Program-made: the position numbers and the translations under genes
Part shown: piece after piece, positions 45,601 to 51,600 of the stretch
Position numbering within the stretch: position 1 is the first letter of the stretch
Layout of the letters: each line of letters starts with the position of its first letter
NCBI GenBank assembly: GCA_025361565.1
Contig: JANYKN010000125.1
Location: forward strand, 31,171-95,170
Length of the DNA: 64,000 nt
Source of the DNA: Bacteroidota bacterium
GTDB lineage: Bacteria; Bacteroidota; Bacteroidia; Bacteroidales; NBLH01
Reading direction: 5' to 3'
Notes under the pieces: model-generated
Told to the model about the DNA's origin: nothing
The model's database searches: none
What the model saw: the letters and a program-made list of their open reading frames with translations, nothing else

Positions 45601-48600
45601 ATAGTTTCCATCGCAGGTGTAATCATCCGGGCCAGCATTTGATGCTACTGAATAGTTTGATATCATTACATCATCAAAGGAAGAACAAGTACCTACGGTA
45701 ACGGTCCAACGATAAATATTATCCCTACGTCCCACGAGGGTGACAGTCGTATTATAAGAAGAAGGATTAGTAAATGTACCTACACCAACCTGAGTCGTCC
45801 AAAGACCAGTTCCAGTCGGGCTGGGATCAGTACCACTAAGTGTAAAAGTACTGTTACAGCTTTGTTGATCTGGCCCAGCAGTAACTGCAGGAACAAGATT
45901 ATATGTAATAAGTACATTTGAAGTACTTGTACATGAACCATTTGTAATTGTCCATGTTAGCGTATTTAAACCGGGGCTTAAGCCAGAAACTGTGGTATTA
46001 AAACGGGTGTTACTAACAAAAACAGCCGTTGGTGGAACAGGAGGATTTATTACCCATGAACCAGTACCATAAACAGGATTATTGGCTGCAAGTACAGCCG
46101 ATCCATTACAACTGGTTTGTGCAGCACCGGCAGCAGAAGTTGAAGGCCTATCATTATAAAGGATAACATCATCTGTGGCTGTGCAAGCTCCAAGAACAAC
46201 AGTCCATCTAAAGGTATTGGCACCAGGACCTAATCCAGTAACAGCAGAAAGACTAGACGTAACTACAGTTGCTGAGCCTGCTCCACTTACAAGTGACCAG
46301 GTTCCACTACCAGTGGCAGCCATTGTTGCGGTTGTAGTACAAACATGCTGATCCGCTCCTGCATTGGCGACCACATTTGATCTGGTAACAACACTTGTAG
46401 CGTCGTCAAAACAGATACCCTTGCTTAGATGCCAATTAAACGTATTTGAATTAAGATTTAAACCAGTTACTAAGCTTGATGGGTTTGATGGAGTTGCAAT
46501 TGTACCGGTTGAAGCTACTATTGTCCATAATCCGGTAGCTCCTGCAGGAGTTGCATTGCCTGTTAAGTTTGCAGAAGTTCCACACACTGCCTGGTTTGTT
46601 GCAGTTGCATCAACAGTATTGTTGGTAATCTGAACAATATCTGCCGTAGAACAAGTACCATTTGTAACAGTCCACCTCAGGGAATTAACACCACTACTCA
46701 AAAGAGAAACTGTTGTTGAAGGACTAACGGCGCTTGCAAAAGTTCCAGGTCCACCAAAAGAGTCCCATAAGCCAGATTCACCTGCTTTTAATGGTGTTGC
46801 ACTTAATGCGTAACTGTTATTTACACATGCCTGAGCATCAACGCCTGCATTTATAACTGGAGTCACATCTGTAATAGCAACCACATCAGATGCAGTACAT
46901 CCGCCATCAACAACAGTCCATGTAAAATTAGTTGTTACGCCATAAGGCAAATTTAAAACTTGAGTGTTCGCAGCTGTAGTTGAAACTATAGTAACACCTG
47001 CAACAGGAGACCAAGTTCCAATACCAGTACCCGAAGCTGGAGTTGCAGCCAAATAAAGTGGATTCTGGTTAGAACAAGTCTTAGCTTGATCCGGGCCTGC
47101 ATTAGCTGTGAGTGTACAAGCTATATTGATATCAAATTTATTGGCAACATTATAAATTGTTTGAGTATTCCATGAAGTACTTCTACCACCCGAAACCCTA
47201 ACGTCGATTTGTGGTAAATTATTGGCAGTAACCGTATTAACCGTATAGTTTTGTGTGAAAACAGAACCAGTAACATCCCATCCGGAAGTAGACGCTGTTA
47301 GAGTAACAGCCGGATTTTCAACAGGGAAACTAATTACCGGATTTACTGTTTTATCCATTGCTATTGAATAAGTTGCAACAATTGAAAAAGTAGGAGTTGC
47401 ACTTGTAACTGTAGCCACACTTGTGGTTAATAATGTAACTGTGGGATTAATGAAATCGATACTAAATACATCGGCTTGATTAAAAGTAACAGTTTGGTTA
47501 TTTAGAGCAAGATCCTGACCGCCTGCTACACGCACATCAATATTTGGCATAGCCAAATTATCACCCAATACAGAATAATAGGCTGTATAAACGGTATTTC
47601 CTACCGACCAGACTCCACTATTAAATGTTAATTTATTGGGGATCAAAGGATTTTCTCCACCGGTCGGAAAACTAATTACTGGTGTAACCGCAGTATTCAT
47701 TGCCTCGCTCCAGTTAACTGTTATGGTAAAGTTATTACCTGGAGATTGAGCATCGGTAACCAAATTAAGAAATGGTGATGCGCCTATTACGGCTGGAGTA
47801 ATACTTACAACAGTAGGGGGAGTTCCATCAAGCGCCGAAAGCTGTGTTGGAATAGCTGGTGTTCCAGTTATATTAAAAGTTGTACCTGCAATTGCAGCAG
47901 CATTTTTTGTCCAAACACCACCATTCCAATTTGCTCCAAAAAGAGTTGCTCCAATCACATCAGCAGGAAGAAAAGCTAAATTTGTAAATGAAGCGGAAGC
48001 TATACCACCTGAAACTAACCAATATCTATTTAAATATTCAGTAACTGAAGCATTAATATTTGAATTTTTTCCATTTATTACTCTCATACCGATAAAGCCA
48101 CCAGCTAATGCGGTAGGTGTAGCAGTAATTGGAGAATAATTTGTTGAACCAATTCCATCACCAATTGGAAAAGTAAATGCTGCAATTGCACCATATGTTT
48201 TTCTAAACTCACCAGTACCATCAGCAATTACATAGTTATTTGAACCAGGAGCTCCGGCAATTGTTGCTCCTGCCAATAAATTTAAATTAAAGGTTGACAA
48301 TGTGAGCCTGCCTCCTGTTAAAATAAGAGAACCGGCAGCAGCTGTTCCAACATTTGTTGCAACGCCCAATGTCACACTACCTACTGTATTATTTATTTCT
48401 AAATTATAAAATGTAGTTGACTGAACACCAGCTATTTGTTGTGCTCCAGTTCCATTGAAAGCAACTGTAAAATTTCCTGCAAAATTTCCTGAAGTATTTG
48501 TCCAGTTTCCGGCTACGCCAATATTGTTTACTAAAGTAAGGGCTGTTCCTGCTGTTTTATTTAGAATAACATTATAGAAATTATTTACTGAAGGCCCTGT

Positions 48601-51600
48601 TATATTTTGAGGATTTAAATTATTAGAAAAAGTAACTGTTTTATTATTATGAGAAAAAGTTCCGGCATTTGACCAAGCTCCAGTAACTGAAACATCTGCT
48701 CCTAAAGTTAAATTTCCAGATGTTATAGTAACTGCATCCAAAGATGTTCCACTAAAAATTGCTCCATTTGAATTATTAACAACTAAATCTGTGGTATTTG
48801 TAGTATTTGGAATAGTGATTGTAGGATTTCCTCCAGCAGTTGCAATTGTTGAAGTTCCTGCAACATTAGTAAGAATAGACCCTCCTCCAACAGTTGGCGA
48901 ATTGCGAAGAGTCAAGGTATTAGCACCAACAGTTAAAACACCGGAAGATAGCGTTAATGTTCCATAAACATCTAATGTACCAGCCAGTGCAAGACCTCCA
49001 GTACTATTTAAAATTAAATTATTTAAGGATATATTATTAGGAATAACATAAGCAGCTGCTCCATTTAAAGTCAGCGACGATGTATTGTTCACAGATAAAT
49101 TAGCAACTGTTCCTGTAATAGCATTACTTAGAGTAAGCGTATTTGCACCAACAGCAAAAGAACCTGATGGTAAATTTAAGGTTCCTAATACTGTAAAGCT
49201 ATTTCCCATGCTTGCACCAGAAGCATCATTTAGACTTAAATTGGTATAAGAACCTGTGCCAGTGAGATTATGAACACCCAAACCTCCATTAGTTAAAGTA
49301 ACAAAACCAGTTCCTATTTGAGAACCGGAATTAGAAATACTGCCATCGACGCTCAGCGTATTTGCAACATTATCCAAAACAACACCAGGATCAATGGTCA
49401 AATTATTATCAATCATATAACTTGCCCCCAGTGTTTTTGTACCGGAACCCTGCAGATATAAATTATAATAAGTTGTGACAGGAGTTTTGATTGTCTGAGC
49501 TCCTGCAAAATTATAATAAACATCATTAGAAACTGATGAGGCATTTAAAGTTCCGAGAGTCATCGGAGTAATTGCATTGCCATAATATAATTTACTGTTT
49601 GCCCCATTTATCCAAGTAGAGCCAGCAACAGTACCGTTAAGAGTTCCAGCTGCAATCGTTATTCCGGCAGTATTTGAATTGGTTACACTCACAGCAGTTG
49701 ATACAACAACATTCCCTCCAAATGTAATCGCTTGTGTTCCAGCAATTGATTGTGTTGCATTAAAAGTATAAATTCCCGCACCAGTAGTAAAAATACCATT
49801 ATTGACAATACCACCCGAAAATGTATAATCCTCATTAACAGATGAATTCCATATTCCATTATTGGTAACCGAGCCGGCAAACGTTTTAGACCCTCCGGTA
49901 TTATTATTAATTAAAGTTCTTGTTCCTGCTATAGTTGTTGCTCCGGTTACTGTTAATGTCACATTTCCAATTGTACCATCTCCGGTAGGCATTGTTAAAG
50001 TACCGCCTATGTTAACTACACCAAGTGTTCCATGGTTAATTGTACCACCTGAAATATCAACATTGGTTAAATTTGCTGCACCACCCGCATTTGAGTCACC
50101 AAGCGTGCCTATTATAAAAGTTGTACCTGTTACATTTAAATTTTGAGCAACAGGATCAAGTGTTGACAAAGAACCAATGGTTAAATTTTCGTTAACAGTA
50201 ACAGCACCAACAGTAATTGTCTTGGTAAAAGCGCTACCGGAAGTTCTCAAATTTGCATAAGTTCCATTTTTTATATTCTGAGCAGCACCCGCACTGTAGT
50301 CCCAGGTTGAATTGGCATTATTTGTCAATGTTGGTGCGGGAGCAGCAGCACCTTTATATGAAACGTATGTATTTACATCATTTAACCAGGTTCCTCCGCC
50401 AAGTAAATTGCCGCCAATGGTAATAAATGGGCTTGCACCTATATTTTGATTTGTAAGTGTACCAGCTACAGTTACATTTCCGCCAAAAGTTATGGGAAAA
50501 TTTCCGGTAATTGACTGTGTTGCAGTTAATCCAATAGCACCAGTACTAAAATCAATTGCACTTCCGGTATTATTTATTCCTCCGGCAAAATTAAATGCAG
50601 TAGCAGAACTTACAACAACAGTACCCACATTTGAAAAAGCTCCGGTGAATGTTTTTGTACCGGTTGTACTGTTGGCATTAAAAGTTAAAGTTCTTAAGTT
50701 TGAAACAGTGGTTGTACCTGTAACATTTATAGTTCCCCTCCCAATAAATCCATTTCCTGATGCACAAGTCAAATTACCAGCAATATTTACATTACCAGTA
50801 GCTGCTCCATCAATTGTTCCGCCAACCATATCTACACTTTGAAAATTAGCTATTCCTGCGGCATTGGTTGTGTTAATTGTGCCTGTAAGCGTTGTAACTC
50901 CTCCAACAGCTAATGTAAAAGCGGGAATATTGATTGCTCCACCCGTACCAACATTTAAGGTACCAGTTATACTAAGATTTCCGCCAAGTGTTACGATACC
51001 GTTGGTAACTGTCATGTTTCCTGCCACAGTATATGCAGCTGGTGTTGTTTTTGTTCCTGTGCCACTAATATTAAGATTTCCGAAAACAGTAGGCCCGGCA
51101 TTTATTGTCCAGTTATTTGCACCAGTAATATTTACCGTACTAGTCAGATCCAATGTGTTGGTAGTCATTAATGTTGGAAAACAGGAAGCCCCAGTTCTTG
51201 AAGATGTATATACTGTATTTGGTCCTAAAGTAAAAGTCCCCAATGCCGTACCGGTAATTGTAAAATTACCATCAGCAAGTATACCTGAAGTTACTGAAAG
51301 ATTTCCATTTACTATAATATTGTTTGTTAAAGTTGCAGCTATACCCGCTATTTTTGAAATAACTAAATTATTGAAAGTTATGGAAGAAGTATTTGAAATA
51401 TTTGAAGCAGCGGCGCCATTAAAAGTTACTGTCCCTGTACCTGCAGTAAAAGTGGCTGTGCCTAACTTTGTGAAATTTCCAGCAATACTGATATTGAATG
51501 CTCCGGCGTTAAGTGTGTTGGCAGCATTTAAATTTAAGCTTCCATTTAAAATGATATTTGCAGCTAAAGTTTTAGTTCCTACTCCGGTAGTTATTAAATC

